Source of the DNA: Mytilus galloprovincialis
Taxonomy: Eukaryota
NCBI RefSeq assembly: GCF_965363235.1
Contig: NC_134847.1
Coordinates: forward strand, 70,038,935-70,102,934
Reading direction: 5' to 3'
Length of the DNA stretch: 64,000 nt
The notes under the pieces are model-generated. The model made no database searches. It had not been told where the DNA came from and worked only from the letters and a program-made list of their open reading frames with translations. The position numbers were made by a program, and so were the translations under genes. Position 1 is the first letter of the stretch, and the number at the start of each line of letters is the position of its first letter. Shown piece after piece: positions 24,481 through 38,918 of this stretch.

Positions 24481-25596
24481 AAATCTTTACAGACCAGCAA
24501 AATTATCTATCGTAGAGGATCTCACAAATTAAGGTAGGATGCAGTCACATAATTATAATATAAGTACGTCTGCACCAGTGACAACTCTACGCCAAATTTT
24601 ATTCATCGGATCACAAGTGATGGTGATACGAGGTTAAAAATACATTCTGTATATATAATTTGTCCAACAATGTTAGATCTTCAAATTTTCCGTTCTTCTC
24701 TGACCGGGATTCAAATTCTTGCTACTGAAAAATCGTGTCACCTATTCTCAGTGCACAGCGCCCGACACTCTAGACCACTCGACCACATAGGCTCTACAAT
24801 AGCAAAGCTTTTGAAACTTTATTGTAGAGCATATATTTATATATAATTCGTCTAAAAACAGCACAACAAGGTAAGAACTGTTAATTTGTGGAAGCAAATT
24901 TTTTTATTCTTCCCTGGCTGTATGTATAAAGAAAATGGTGTGTTTTATCATATTTTTTTTAAAATACAGAATATTTTTATTTGATTCATTTTTTTCTTCA
25001 ATTTTGCAATTCAACATGTCAAAGAGTTGATAACTTTTATATGTCTGCCATTTACTCATATTACTTATCATAATGTGGACCGCTCATTGTTATTGAATTT
25101 CCCTCCCTTTTTTGTCATGCAACACTGAATAAATATAAGTCTCAATCAAGGCAATATATTGTTGTCCAAATTCTGTTAACATCAGCTGATATTTTCAATT
25201 TTTACTCCATAGTTATCTATTTTGATTTTGTTCGGGATTGACACATTTCATAATTCTGTAATAAGTTAAATAATGTTTAATTAAGTCTTTGAGAACCAAA
25301 GTAAGATACTTTATATTAATATTCTTGTACTTATTATAAAATACATCAAAAAACATGTGTAGAAACTTGATCTTGATTAATTTGCAATGTTTAGACATTT
25401 ACCTGTGACGTTATTTTTTGTGGCGTTGATCCATTTATGTGACAGACACATAGTATGTTATTCTATTAAGCTGTTTTATGTACTGTCCTATAATAATTGT
25501 TGTTTTTCCTTGTTATTCTGTGGTTGACATGTCAAAATGTAATATTATATTATTTATTTATGTACACCTCTGTCTGTGATGTTTTTGCATTTATTT

Positions 25597-27201
25597 ATAC
25601 TCACTACAAACCATTAAAGTCTGAAATGGCCTATATCAGTACTCGACTGTATTGATTTTTACTCGACCAGTCTGAATTGGTCTGACTTTTACTTGACATT
25701 ACTCGACCCCAGTCTGAACCATACTCGACTGTACTGAATCGTACTTGACCCTTATCTTAGCCATTGAAAATAATCTGAACTATTACTCGACCAGTCTGAA
25801 ACAATCTTAACCCATTCTTGATCTGTACTCGACCTATTTATCCAGTCTAAACCATACTTAACCAAGGGTCTGAACAATACTCGACCAGTCTGAACCATAC
25901 TAGACCAAATAACCTCTACTTTTTTAACTGTTAAAATAAATTTCTTTTTAACCGACATATATAACAACAGCCAACAAAATTTACAAATTCTTTAACCTTA
26001 TATTAGAAATATATCTATTATTATATTTAGGATAAAAAATAACATATTATTTATAATTTATATCAAAAAGGGATAAATTTAAATAAATAACTAAAATTGT
26101 TTTTCTGAGTAGTGGTGAAATATAAAGTGTATTAAATTCTAAATAACATTTATTCAAAATTTCAACATCCTGTTTAACTTAAAAAAAAAAAAACAAGGCC
26201 TTTCGAATTTACAAGATAGATAAGTAATACACGAATTTAAGAAAATAGGGCTTTCTTTTTACCTACAGGTAAAACACACATGTACTGAGGCAATTAGACC
26301 ATATTAAAGTACTTAAGGAATGCCATGTCTTTAATTTGACAAAAAATACTTAAATCAGTTGAAATAAATTTTTACTGTTACTTTGGAACACATTTCCTTT
26401 TTTAAAAAGGTTATCAATGATTGATATGGAAATTCTATTATCATGATTATATTAAATTCTTGGTTTAATAAAACAAAACAATTGAGGTCTCATTATTTTT
26501 AATTTATTAAGTTGTTTTATATACTATATTTTATAAATATTAATAAAAAAAACCATTCACTGCATTATTTACTAAAGTCAACTGACACCATAAATCTATA
26601 CTTGGCTTAAGTTAATGGTGAAAATAGTCCAGTTAGCATAAAATACTTCAGAAATATTCATAAAATTTTGAATAATATTGAAAATATTAGTCACAATTCA
26701 TTGTTTAGATTATTTGATCAGCTTGTTTTATTTGTATTTCAAAAATGATATATATTATTATGTAGGTGTTGATTAATATTGTGTTGAAGTTATATATTAT
26801 GAAACATTATTGTGAAATTTTAATTTCAATACTATATTGAATACATTTTTAATATCAAGTTGTTGTTCAAATTTCATTTTTATTAAAAAAAAATTCCTAA
26901 ATTGATAAAATTCAGTTGATAGATACAAAGAATAGGTCTAGGTTGGTCAAGACTTGGTCGGGTATGGTTCAGACTAGGTCGAGTACGGTTCAGACTAGGT
27001 CGAGTATGGTTCCAACTAGGTCGAGCATGGTTCCGACTCGTATAAAATGGTTAAGAACTGGTCAAGTACAAATTCAGACGGTTAAGTATGGCTCAGACTA
27101 CAGTCGAGTATTATCAAGTAAATTTCAGACTGGTCGAGCAAAAATCAGTGCAGTCTAGTACAGATATAGGCCATTTCAGACTTTTACTGGTTTGTAGTGA
27201 C
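25597..27201. mobile_element. ~1.6-kb non-autonomous element with ~320-bp TIRs made of ~21-bp subrepeats (tactcgaccagtctgaaccata), enclosing ~1 kb of AT-rich non-coding sequence. Its right end lies ~300 bp upstream of the IAP start codon.
   Basis: 25598-25650 (ctcactacaaaccattaaagtctgaaatggcctatatcagtactcgactg) is the reverse complement of 27150-27200. The subrepeats at 25640-25920 are mirrored by ggtcgagtatggttcagact repeats at 26930-27140. Confidence 0.55.
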
Positions 27202-27505
27202 TGTATACCCGTCATTTTAGCGATATACTTAACATTGTCATAAAGCGTGGAAGTTTGGCCAGTCACAAAACTAGGTTCAACCCACCATTCTTTCTTAAAA
27301 CGTCGTGTACCACGTCAGAAATATGGCAGTTCATTTCTATGCATGTTGCATTGTTGTTCGTGTTTTATTGCACTTCAGTGCTTGGTTGTTTTCCTCTTAT
27401 AGTTGATGTGTTTCCCTCAGTTTTAGTTTGTAACTAGGATTTGTTTTCTCTCAATTGAAGTATGACTATTGGATTGGACAAGGTCAGCAGCAATAAACTA
27501 ATCAG

Positions 27506-29136
27506 ATGAATGAATTTATGTTTGCAGATGTTTTATCAGAATTACCTGATAGTCTTGTGAAAGAGATGTTGAAAAAGAAAAAAAATGATGATGTATGTCT
27601 TGATGAAGGAGTTATATCAGAAGTACCTATGTTTCCTGTAATAGATGAAAGTGAAATGGGGACTTCTACAGAAATCAATGATGATGAAAAGGAGAATGAA
27701 AAAAATGATGAAATTGTATTCGAGAGTTTGGACCTTTCGGAAATCACCAATAGTAGTTATTGTAGTTGTTCTATAAATAAACAATATGAAGACAAATATT
27801 TGTACAAAGAAGACCAAATAGTTTACTTGCCTAATACCGTAGAAGCAACAATAAACAAAGACAAAAAGACTGATATCCATAAAGAAATTTCTGTCAACAG
27901 TAGTTCTTTAAAAAGCTCTAAGGTAAATGAAATGTATGATTCTTCGGCTTTGTCCATGATTGACTTACCACCTTTGTCAATGGATGACTTTGAAGAAAAA
28001 CAAGACGGTAGTTTCACTAAGAATGGTAGTTTTTTACGGTTGTGTACTGAAACATCTATCAACAGGGTTTCAGAGGTAGACACTTATGTTTCACATGTAG
28101 GTCATTGCACAGGTCACTATGAGGATAATTCTATCAGAGAAAACAAGGTATGGTGGGTTCCTAATTATCAAATCATACCAATTACAAAGAATGATGCGGT
28201 ATACAGTTCTGATAAATTATCACAAGCTTTTGACAGTAACAAGAGTGAAAAAAGCAACATTTCAACTATAAGTTCCGGATGCTGTAGTATAATCAGTAAT
28301 AAACTGGATGTTCATATTTGTCAATATAAATGTCTATCCTCAAACGTACATTTTGAAGAGTCTGTTTTTTCAAACAAGGGCGTAGTTGATCTACAAAAAA
28401 GGCAAGCAAATAAATCAATAAATAAAAAATATTCTAATGGAGAAGAATATTTACAGAAATGTAGAAAACATCATGATATTGCTAAGATTGTAAAAACCAC
28501 TTTGAAAGAGTTAGCGATGAAAAGGGTAACTGAAATAACTTTAACATCAAAATGTAATCGAAAGAAAAAAAAGCGAAGGATATCAAGAAGAAAACTTCGA
28601 CGCATTATATTTTCTAATCGAATTAAATCATCAAGGTCTCTTCAAATACAAGTAAGACCTGTTGAACATTCACCTCAGCTAATAACAACTTCTAGTGAAG
28701 CAAACACTAGTCATCCAAATCACAATGGAACAATTTTGAGTCTACAACAACAAATTTCAGTTCAAAGTGTATTACCAGTTCACAATATGTCAAATTATAT
28801 CAGAACTGATGGGTCATCTGATTTGGTCACCGGGTCATCATTCACAACGCCATCTGTGACATCTTCAAGTTCTTGGACTAGCTACCTCAATAGTTTGTCG
28901 ATGGGATATGAATACAGTGTTGAGAAAAAGATGCAGTACGAATGGCTGAGAGTACAATCTTACCAGAATTTTCCAGCTACCTGCCATGCTAGTCCCTTAC
29001 GTTTAGCTAGAGCTGGTTTCTTCAGTACTGGTATTATTGATGAGGTTTTATGTTTCAGCTGTGGGGTCAAATACAAAAACTGGAAGAAAAAGGATAATCC
29101 TATTGAAGTTCACCATAGAATATCGCCAGATTGTCG
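27506..29136 (+). CDS. IAP-family exon 1. A 544-aa ORF with a long acidic, Ser-rich N-terminal region, a basic NLS-like stretch (KCNRKKKKRRISRRKLRRI) and a C-terminal BIR domain complete through its last zinc-ligand Cys.
   Basis: ..YEWLRVQSYQNFPATCHASPLRLARAGFFSTGIIDEVLCFSCGVKYKNWKKKDNPIEVHHRISPDC matches the BIR signature R.x.T/S-F-x-x-W/F-P...AGF.Y.G..D.V.CF.C-x16-H-x6-C. The ORF ends at the donor TGTCG|gtaaat, phase 2, and TAA follows if the donor is not used. Confidence 0.8.
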
Positions 29137-30178
29137 GTAAATATTTGTTGTAAAATTATTGAAGATGGTTTTTTTTTTAATTTCTGTATTTTACTTATAA
29201 TGAACTTTTATTTTCTACAGAAAAGTTAGGTCTATTTTTATTTAAGACTTATATATATATATATACTTCTTTATGCTCAAATCAAATGCAAAAGGACAGT
29301 ATCCAAAGCTAATTTGGGCATTTTTTGTTTTCCTCATTTTTCATATTTCTTTAAATGTGTTTTGCAATTAATTTTAATTAAGATACAGTCTGGGGTTAAT
29401 TTAGGCATTACTTCAACTTGGAATGTCGTGGAATGTTTTGAAACTTGGAAAGAAGTGGATGTGTCTGCTCACCAAAAACATCTGAATAAATAAGTTTGAT
29501 TTGATTTTCTTTGGAAGTCAGCATAAAACTTTTACATATACACTTGCATCAGCTAGAGAATGCATTCTATAGAACCCCTTATGTTTTTCTGTGTAATGGT
29601 TAACTTTCGTTTTAAATTTTGCTTAATGATCAATATAAACAGTTTCATAATTTTATCACAATCTTAGTTATTTCAATTTGAATGTCAACTAAATTTGGTC
29701 TGTTGAAAAATGTTATGGAGTACTACATTAATAGCAGGTTCTAAAGTACTTTAGATGATATGTTAACTGTATTTTCTGTAAGGCTATCTGGCAGGGCCTA
29801 TTCTTATCTTGACCTGATTTTCCTTTACCATCTCTGGGCTCTTTGACTGCTTCCTTCACCAATAAAAACTACTTGCCACGAAATAGCACAGTAGTTTTTA
29901 AAGTGGCGTTAATAAAACAAAATCAACCAATCATTTATCAGTGATGATGGTAAGTTTTTGCAATTCAAGTATTATAAGACCTTGATCTTCAACATAAAAT
30001 TGATTTATAATTAATAGAACTGCAACGTTTATTTCTTAGTGATCTCTTTAATCACCTTTTGCAGAGCTTAGTTACACAATATGATAATAAATTGGTCCTT
30101 TTGATGATATAGCTTTTTAGTCTCAAGCTTTGCTAAGCAACACATTGTATTTGAATAAAACAATTTTGTTTTTGATAG

Positions 30179-30285
30179 GATGGTAAATGGTAGAGAAACA
30201 ACGAATATCCCAATTATTTCAGTAATCAACAGAGAAGCTGCAGACAATCCTCAGCAAGAGGCAAGCCAAAGACTAGTGATTGATA
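30179..30285 (+). CDS. Candidate IAP exon 2 (107 nt) encoding the post-Cys tail of BIR1 (R-MVNGRETTNIPIISVINREAADNPQQEASQRLVID)
   Basis: Acceptor tttttgatag|G, donor GATA|gtatgt. The entry phase matches the exon 1 donor and the exit phase matches the acceptor at 35990. The peptide resembles the tail of BIR2 (FVRQNKGHRFVEIITKRQAEM) in the same relative position. Confidence 0.4.
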
Positions 30286-32739
30286 GTATGTAATCAAAAA
30301 AAGCAGCTAAGTAATATTTAAATAACAAGAAAAAAATTGTCTGTTTATCAGTTTTAGTGACATTTATGTTTTGAAAGATATCCTAAAAGTTCTTTTATTA
30401 ATAATACAAGTGTGGACACAGATGAGTGTGGATAGTATGTTTGGGTGTTTGATAGTGTCTTATGACAAATAGGAGTTCTATGTTTTCCTATATGGTGTTA
30501 TAAACTGTGTTGCACGATGACAACCAACCTGAGCATTAGGAGTATTGTTTATTTAATATTTATTTTTTATGTTCAAGACGGGCATGAAAGAGACAGTAAT
30601 TACATTAGTTACCAAATGATTATGATAGAATATGTTCCACATCTTTGATTTTGGATACATTTTGCAGCCAGGAGAGCAACGCATAATAGGTTCATTTTTT
30701 CATGTGTTTTTTTTTCTAAATGGGAGATGATATATAGATTTAATAACATGACATAAGTAGCCTGTAATTCAGTGGTTGTCGTTTGTTTGTGTGTTACATA
30801 TTCGCTTTTCGTTTATTTTTTGTACATAAATAAGGCCGTTAGTTTTCTCAATTAAATTGTTTTACATTGTCATTTTGGGGCCTTTTATAGCTGATAATAG
30901 GTATTGGCTTTGCTCATTGTTAATGGCCATATGGTGACCTGTAGTTGTTAATTTCTGTGTCATTTTGGTCTCTCGTGCAGAATTGTCTTATTGGCACTCA
31001 TACCACACCTTTTTTTATATATATTTGCTTACTATTTGTATGGTTCTATTTATATTATTTTGTGGTGGATCATCAGTATCATTAGTAAATGTTTTTGTTA
31101 AATTGTTCCTCAGATTAGAATACATTAATTGGTTTAATTTTTAGTAATGACAATGCCTGGTGCTAGATAATCTAGGAAGTAAACCTTTGTGCTGATTTTT
31201 ATCAATTCTTTGATAATATCTCTTCCAAATCTGGTTGAAGCAAAGAAAAAATTTGACCAATATGACAATGATTTCACCAAAAGAACCTTTGTGAGCATGC
31301 TTCAATGACTTTCAATGTATAACTGCTCCAAAAGTAATCTGATAGAATTTGTCAAGTTGATATTATCAACAGCTACTTAATTAGTCTTAATATGTCTAAA
31401 TATCTAAAAAGTAATAGTATTCAAAAGGTTATGCAAAATAATTCTCTTTTCATTTTTTTTATTATATGGATACAAATATAAGTGATACATGTACCAATAC
31501 AGTATTTGTTGTGGTATGAAAGTGTAGTAATTAACATTTACTGTAACAATGTTAATTCACACAAATTAAGAAATAAACAAATGAATAAAAAATGTTGAAC
31601 ATGTACAATGGAATATAGTTTAAGAAATCGATTATGCCAGATAGGCCTTATAATTTACACTCAGGACCGGGTCATCAGTAGGCAGTACAGATGTATTATA
31701 ACAATCTAGCATCATATTGCTAGTAGCGGGAGAAGCGTTGTCAGGTAAATTTGGTCTTTTTTTTAAATTTTGTCAGTGAACATATTATGTTTGGTTCAAA
31801 TCGAAACAGAATGCTTTTATCTCCTTATTACTTACAATGTACATAGAGGTGATAATTCTTTGACAAATCCTTGTACATGAGAGTTGTCTGTCAAATCTTT
31901 ATTTAACAAAGAATGAATTGCATAACAATGAACTGAGCTCAAAGCAAAATACTTTAATAGTACACTTAGACAAAGAGCTAAATCCAGTGATATACATTGT
32001 ACTACAGGTCCTTCATGAACATCCATCGACCAAAACCATATATCTCAATAACATGCCATACTACATGGTTGGATCAGAAGTCCTGAAAAAAGACATGATT
32101 TTTTTAATCGTATTTATATATATATATAGATTAAAACTTTCTTGTGGTATAATCATTCAGTATCTAGCAACTATCAATTTGCTTCATACACAAACATTCA
32201 AAACTATAAAATGTTATCTAAGATTTGTCAGTGTCTATTTACATTTGTACCATTGTCACTGAATAAGTGATATATGTACAATTATATACATGTAAGACTA
32301 CAATTTTAAAGTACATATATAAGACTAAAACTGACATTCTGTCTTTACTGACAACTTCATTCCCCAAGTCATTTTCAAATCTGACTTCAAGATAAAATAA
32401 GATTCAATATCTACATATACAACCAATGAAAATCAAATACCCCTCTAATAGACTAGCATTGAAATCCCAGTTTTCTAAAATGGTAGCTAGGTGGTGGAAC
32501 CTAAAATTAAAAAAATTGAAACAATATTTCTTAAATATTTCAAATGCATGTACATGTAATAATATAAATTTTCCTAAATTCGCTATATTTTTTTTTTGTC
32601 TTCTGTTCCAGACTGTATATTGACCTCTAGATGTCTTTCAATTACATTCAGTTTGGTGTGGGTTGATGTTTGATTGTTGTACAACCAGATGCTCCGCAGG
32701 GTCCAGCTTTATACACAGCAGAGGTCGAACACGGATCAG

Positions 32740-33260
32740 TTGGGGAACCCCAAGAATTCAATTTTTGAAGAAATCTAATAAAGTTCAGTTTTGAACCCTT
32801 TATACCTTAATGACGTAGACCAATTTAAAAATAAATAAATATCAAGATTCTAAATACACGGTTAGATTCAGCATTTCAAGGAACACCAATAATTAATTTT
32901 TTAATGAAATCAAACAAAGTTTAATTTTGAACCCTTTTGGCCTCCATTTCCTACACTGTTGGGACCAAAACTTCCAAAATCAATTCCAACCTTCCTTTTC
33001 AGGTTATTAACCTTGTGTTTAAATGTCATTGATTTCTATTCATTTGCAGTAAAGTTATTGTGCGAAAACCAAGAAAAATGCTTATTCGGGCCCTTTTTTA
33101 GCCCGTAATTCCTAAACTATTGGGATCCAGCCCCCAATATCAATACCGACCTTTCTTTTGTGGTATTGAACCTCCTGTTTTAAATTTTTAAAAATCCATT
33201 CACTAAAACTAAAGTTATTGTCTGGCAACTAAATGCGTCTTCGGACGAAGAGACGACGAC
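32740..33260. repeat. Diverged ~170-bp tandem repeats, 3-4 units
   Basis: ttgaaccc(t)tttggcc..cc...ctattgggacc..aatatcaat.ccaacctt.cttt recurs at 32925-33090 and 33095-33260, with partial units upstream. Confidence 0.5.
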
Positions 33261-35989
33261 AACATACAATGTAATACCATTATAAAAAAAATTGTTGTCT
33301 TATAAAAATTGTCACTTGACCAACAGAAAAACCTTACATTTTGTGTACGTCCAATGCATTATTGGACTTGATTTAAGCAAATGACCCTTAGATTCAAGTC
33401 CCTAATATCACTTACTATTGTCAGCGGACCAGATAATCTATCCCACTTCATACAACAATCCTGTTTCCATTGTGGCATCAGTTATTTTGTATTGTGAAGT
33501 CAAAATTTTACAGCAACCTGGGTGATGTCCAGTCATGGCAGACAAATAGCAAAAAGATGTTTAGGAAAACATGACCTAAAACCTCCTTCATATAAGACAC
33601 AAATACATGGAAACCGAATCTTGCTGCTTTAAAATAAGGGTAAAAAGATGAAGTCTTTTTAACTTAAATAAAGGGTGGGGGGTCATTACCATAAGAACAA
33701 CTTTTCTAAAAGATGATTCCACATATATTCATTGTATTTTCAATGAATTATAAATATTGAAGTGTATCTCAGGCATCTGAGAAAAGACTATTGAATTGAA
33801 TCGGTACATCTATACATTTTTGTTCAGGGTCAATCGACATCAATTTGTTGGCCTCTCTAATAGACGTCCAATTTTTAGCTTCTCGAATTGACGTCAGGTT
33901 TATGGCCATATGAAAAGATCCAAACGCCGAGATATTTGGCCTGACATGCTGCATTACATATGGAAATGTCCAAAACAAATTAACAACACTGCAAATTGGG
34001 ACTGAAAAGATTTATACATGTTATACCAACTGAAACTTCGACTGTCTGAGAGAGATGTAAAGACAGTTCTAGGTTAATATGTTCACAACAAATGAAAACT
34101 TTAAATTTGTTGAAAAATATCTAACGAAGTCCAAATTATAATACTCTCAAAAAAGTTAGCTTTACATCTTTATTTTGTCCATTGTTGAAGACTGATTGCT
34201 GCCCTCTATGTGTCCTATATGTCGTTTTGTTTTCTTTGTCATTGGGTCCTGATTGACATATACTCGCATGTAATTTATCAATGTGAATATAAATGAAATT
34301 CGTTAACGTAGAACGACCTTACCCCCTCCCCGTCCTTTTCTAGATAACAATAAGGATGGGGTGGGGGTGTACCTTCGAGTGTATCTCCTTATTTCTTGAT
34401 AGTACTACTGTGATAGTACTATCTACTGTGATAGTAGAGTTTGTTATATCTTTACAACGTCATTACTAGAATTTCAAACTTCTATGACTATACATGTACA
34501 TGTATATATTCGTTTTGTTATTGGTAAATTCGATATGGCAGTATGGTATTTGCGGAATTCCAACGTAAATGCCACGAGTCAATTGAGATATAAAGTATCA
34601 TAAAATTGAGCTGTGTTCATTAAGAAACACATACAAATATACGTTTATCATACAACTCAAAATGTAAACAACCCCTAAAATACAATGTTATATGGAATCG
34701 TCCAACATACATTTATCATACGACTCGAAATGTAAACAACCCCTAAAATACAATGTTATAGAGAATCGTCCATAGCAGATGAAAGACATAGAATTCACGA
34801 ATACACGTCCAAATAATTATGACGTCTTGGAAGGCTATTTCTTCCTGTCGAAGTAAGGCGTCAAAGAAAAAAAATATAATAGCCTTTCAAGATGTCATAA
34901 TTATTTGGACTATCAGTTGGTATGACTGACATTAGATGAAATAAAAATAGATATGTCAGCTAATAAAATATTCAATAGTTTTTTGTTGGTTGAAATGTCC
35001 TGAAATGTGATGGGTTTATGCAGCACATGTATCCCTTTACCAGTTTACTGGCTTCAGTTTGAAAAATAGACTACAGTAGAGACTAAATGGGGACTAAATG
35101 TGTACAAACCAGACATCCAACTATGTTGTAGAAAATGTGATCATCAATTTATCAAAAATATATACACAGAGAACAATATATTTCACAATACATATGCATT
35201 AATCCAAATTTACATCCATTCGTACGGTCTCAATAGAAGAATTTCCCGCGGAAATATCATGTGATATAAACATGGAATTTTCCACACCGATACAGGTGAA
35301 ATACGTAGAATAACAATTGTGGACACAGCAATGAGATCAGATATAAGACCCTCATGAGCTCGGTGTAAAGTAAAAAAAATGTAAAAATCAATTATTAAAT
35401 AAATTTGTTCGATTAACCTTGAAGTGAAGACTAATAAAAATTTGCGTGTATAGAGTGAGCCCCCTAAATTAAATAATACTGTGTTCTTGACGACTTCCCA
35501 CCGCGATGATCGATAGAAAAGATATTTTACTATATAGTATGTTAAATAATAAAAAAATGAACCTTATACTTTCAGACACGATTTTAAGAGAAAACATTCA
35601 ATTCTCTTTTATATATTTTTACATATTTCAGACTATTAATCTTTCAGATAACAAATATCGTGCAAAGTTAGTAATCTCATAGCAACAGTCATAGGAATAC
35701 ATAATCTTTTGTTTTTGCTTAATAGATAATACAAATTATAGATAATACAAATTGTCTGATAGTATTATGTTTTTGTAGTCAAAATCGAATTTAATGATTA
35801 TGTTAACAAATAATTAATTAATAATAAAATTCAAATTAAGCTTCAGACTGAAGACAGATTTAACTATTTGGTTAAATTGAATTATTTCTTTTATTTCCTG
35901 CAATTTTACCTATTATTACTTCAACAAATAAAACTAACTTCCTTGATATAATTCTTATTCTTACTTTGATTTAGATCTCCTGATATCAG

Positions 35990-36531
35990 GAATACATCAA
36001 AATGAAGATGTTAGCATTCAGACAACTGAAGGAGCCACAAACAGATCATTGACAAGAGAGGACATACAAATCTCCAATGATGCAGACACTACTTCTCAGT
36101 CAGTAAATCGAACACAGCAACCTCATATAGTTCACCATGCATTGAGACCATCAGTAGTTGACAGAAACCATTCTGTATTAGATGGAGAACAGAACAGACC
36201 TGCACACAGAGACATTGGTGAGGATTTGGGTATAACATTAGAAAGACCAATGTATCCAGCTTATGCTCAACTGAGTGTTAGGGTCCGTACATTCCAGGGC
36301 TGGCCTGGATACTTAGATCAGGCCCCTAGAGATATGGCACTGGCAGGATTCTTCTATGCTGGCTACAATGACTATTGTAGATGCTTCTTTTGTGGAGGAG
36401 GCTTACGTGACTGGGATGCTGGCGATGATCCTTGGGTAGAACATGCAAGATGGTTTTCTAAGTGTTCATTTGTTAGACAAAACAAGGGCCATAGATTTGT
36501 GGAAATAATTACAAAGAGACAGGCTGAAATG
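35990..36531 (+). CDS. IAP exon (module A, copy 1), 542 nt, with an intact BIR domain
   Basis: Acceptor ctcctgatatcag|GA, phase 1. Donor GCTGAAATG|gtaataac, phase 0. The ORF 36049-36549 lies within it. ..RVRTFQGWPGYLDQAPRDMALAGFFYAGYNDYCRCFFCGGGLRDWDAGDDPWVEHARWFSKCSFV has C-x2-C-x16-H-x6-C all present. Confidence 0.8.
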
Positions 36532-38791
36532 GTAATAACAATAAATTAAATCTAATCATAAAAGGTGATACTTTTATCCCACATTGAACATGAAATATGC
36601 ATCATGTTTTTTATTTAATTCCAAACTTGGGAATTCAGTCTTTTTCAGCAAAATTTAATAAAAACAGTACCTATTTCGTGTAATCGATTCCTCCATCAGA
36701 TTTCAACCCTATACATTGAACCTTCACACATATATTGCACAAGTTTTGAAGTTTTGTAGTTTTTATGGAATTGTTTGAGTGTTGCTATATTTTTCTGAAT
36801 GTAAGAAAATAGTCATATTTCTGCAAAGTCTACAAATCAAAATGGTACCAATTGTGTATAACAGAATGATTGCATTTATTTTATATTATTGTAGCTGTGC
36901 ATTTCTATTTTGTAATTATTTGATCAAGTAAGATGAGCTGGTTCATAGCATTCAACAGTAATGTCATTATTACATGTTTGTGTCACAAAATGACTGAATG
37001 AAATAGCTGAACAAATATCAATGTGACAACATTTACAGAAAATGAGTTCATAAAGGAAAAAAAAGAAGAAGAAAAATGATATGATTGATTTGCATTATTC
37101 ACTGTGAGGGTTAACAGTTGCTTTAACATTTAAAAAATGTTATCGGGCCTTAATATATTTCAAGTTATTTAATTTGTCATTGGTTATCTTCTTTTACAAT
37201 TTAAAGTACAAAGTTATTTCCCCTCAACTTTGCAAAATTTGTGTTGGAACAACATTATTTTTGTAGCAAAGTTAATTTTTTATTCAAATCGTGAGCTTGA
37301 AAAAAAAAATTTGTCTAAGTTTTCAACATGAACCAAAGCGCTTTGAAAATACATAAATATTTGGAATGTAACTTGCGGTCATGATGGTTTCACTGAAACT
37401 TTTATGTCTGAGAAATGCAGGCTATCATTTTGGTTAAACGAAAGACTGACTTATCTTTAAAAGAGCTTATAGTGTACTCTTATAAAGCGATTCCCATTGC
37501 CTCACATTGGGGCTTTGAAAGATATCCATTTATGATGAGATTGTGACCTTTATTTTTTAATATGTATGCTCTTTTTTCCGTTTGAATGGTTTTACACTAG
37601 TCATTTTTTGAGCCCCTTTGAAGCTTGCTGTTCGTGTGAGCCAATGCTCCATGTTGAAAACTGTACTTTGACCTATAATGGTTTACTTTTACAAATTGTG
37701 ACTTGAGCAACATGAGCAACACGACGAGCGCCACGTGTGGATCACCTGAAATCCTCCATAGTTTTTGGTAGGGTCCATGTTGTTGTTGTACCCCTATTTG
37801 TGACAGTTTGTTCACTCATCATTGTCAATTTAAGGGAAATTGATGCGACTGTCGTACAAGTGGTTTATTTAGGTGTTATACCACCATTTATTTCCCCTAT
37901 TAGTCTTTGTCTCCCCTTATTTAACTGGTGTATATGCTTTACTATCCACGTAACCTCAACTATACACAATATTCTATAGGAAACCCAAATAAAAACAATA
38001 ATGGTGTTGTGAAATACCCAAGACAAATGTTAATGAAACAGAATTGTTTTACTGCAATAAAATATAAGGATTAGTTACCTACAACTGTCAAATTAAAGGG
38101 AATATTTTTTTACCTATGTTCGTATAAAACCGGATGTGACGTACCATGCTTTAGTGGTATTACACCTTTGGCGCTATACAACCAGATTCAATCCACCATC
38201 TTCTACATTTGAAAATGTATGTCAGGTATGATAGTTGTTGTCCATTCGTTTGATATATTTTATCATTTGATTTTGAAATTTGATGAGGGACTTTCCGTTT
38301 TGAATTTTCCTCGGAGTTCAGTATTGTTGTGATTTTATATTTTGGATGGAAAGTTGTCTCATTGGACATTTTGAAAAATTAATAACATCCACCATTGTTA
38401 TAGCAAAACATAGAATTTTGGGTCTAACAAATTATAAAAGCAATTAATTTGTTTAAGCATTTATTTTTATGATGAATATGATATCTCGAAGAAATAAGTT
38501 TAAATAAACTTTTGAAAAGAGAAAAGGCCTAACCTCTCCATTTGACAAGTGACAATCCATTGAAAAATATAGTTTATGTCACTTTGATTAATACTTTTCA
38601 AATACTTAGGGAAAACACTAAAACAATATCCATCTGCTAATTATTATCTCCCATGAAACTGGTGGATGTATCGTTCCTCGTACAGTCAGAATGTTGGCAG
38701 GCGACAAGTTTTAATCATAATGTGACTACCAGAATATGAAGTCTTACAGGTTCAATATTGATATATTTAAAACTATCATTGTCAATTTCAG

Positions 38792-38918
38792 GAGGCATCT
38801 AATAATTCATCAGATATTACTGAGAATCACACAGCAGTGTCAAATTATGGCGCAATCGAAGATAGAATCTACATAAACTCAGAAGAAACAACACCAACAC
38901 CAATGACCACTCAATCAG
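38792..38918 (+). CDS. IAP linker exon (module B, copy 1), 127 nt: EASNNSSDITENHTAVSNYGAIEDRIYINSEETTPTPMTTQS
   Basis: Acceptor tgtcaatttcag|GAG, phase 0. Donor CAATCAG|gtagat, exits with 1 base. Identical copy at 42653-42779. The diverged but ORF-preserving copy at 45677-45803 supports coding status. Confidence 0.6.

Noticed and set aside
27502-28083. Minus-strand ORFs 27502-27750, 27617-27880 and 27823-28083 overlapping IAP exon 1
   Set aside because: They are antisense shadow frames of the long + strand ORF (F/I/L-rich). The + strand frame carries the BIR signature.
38160-38369. 69-aa ORFs (38160-38369 and 42021-42230) and the identical ORF pairs 37597-37815/41458-41676 and 37737-37979/41598-41840
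   Set aside because: They lie inside dispersed repeat copies and inside the duplicated intron. Their identity reflects the 3861-bp segmental duplication, not conserved genes.
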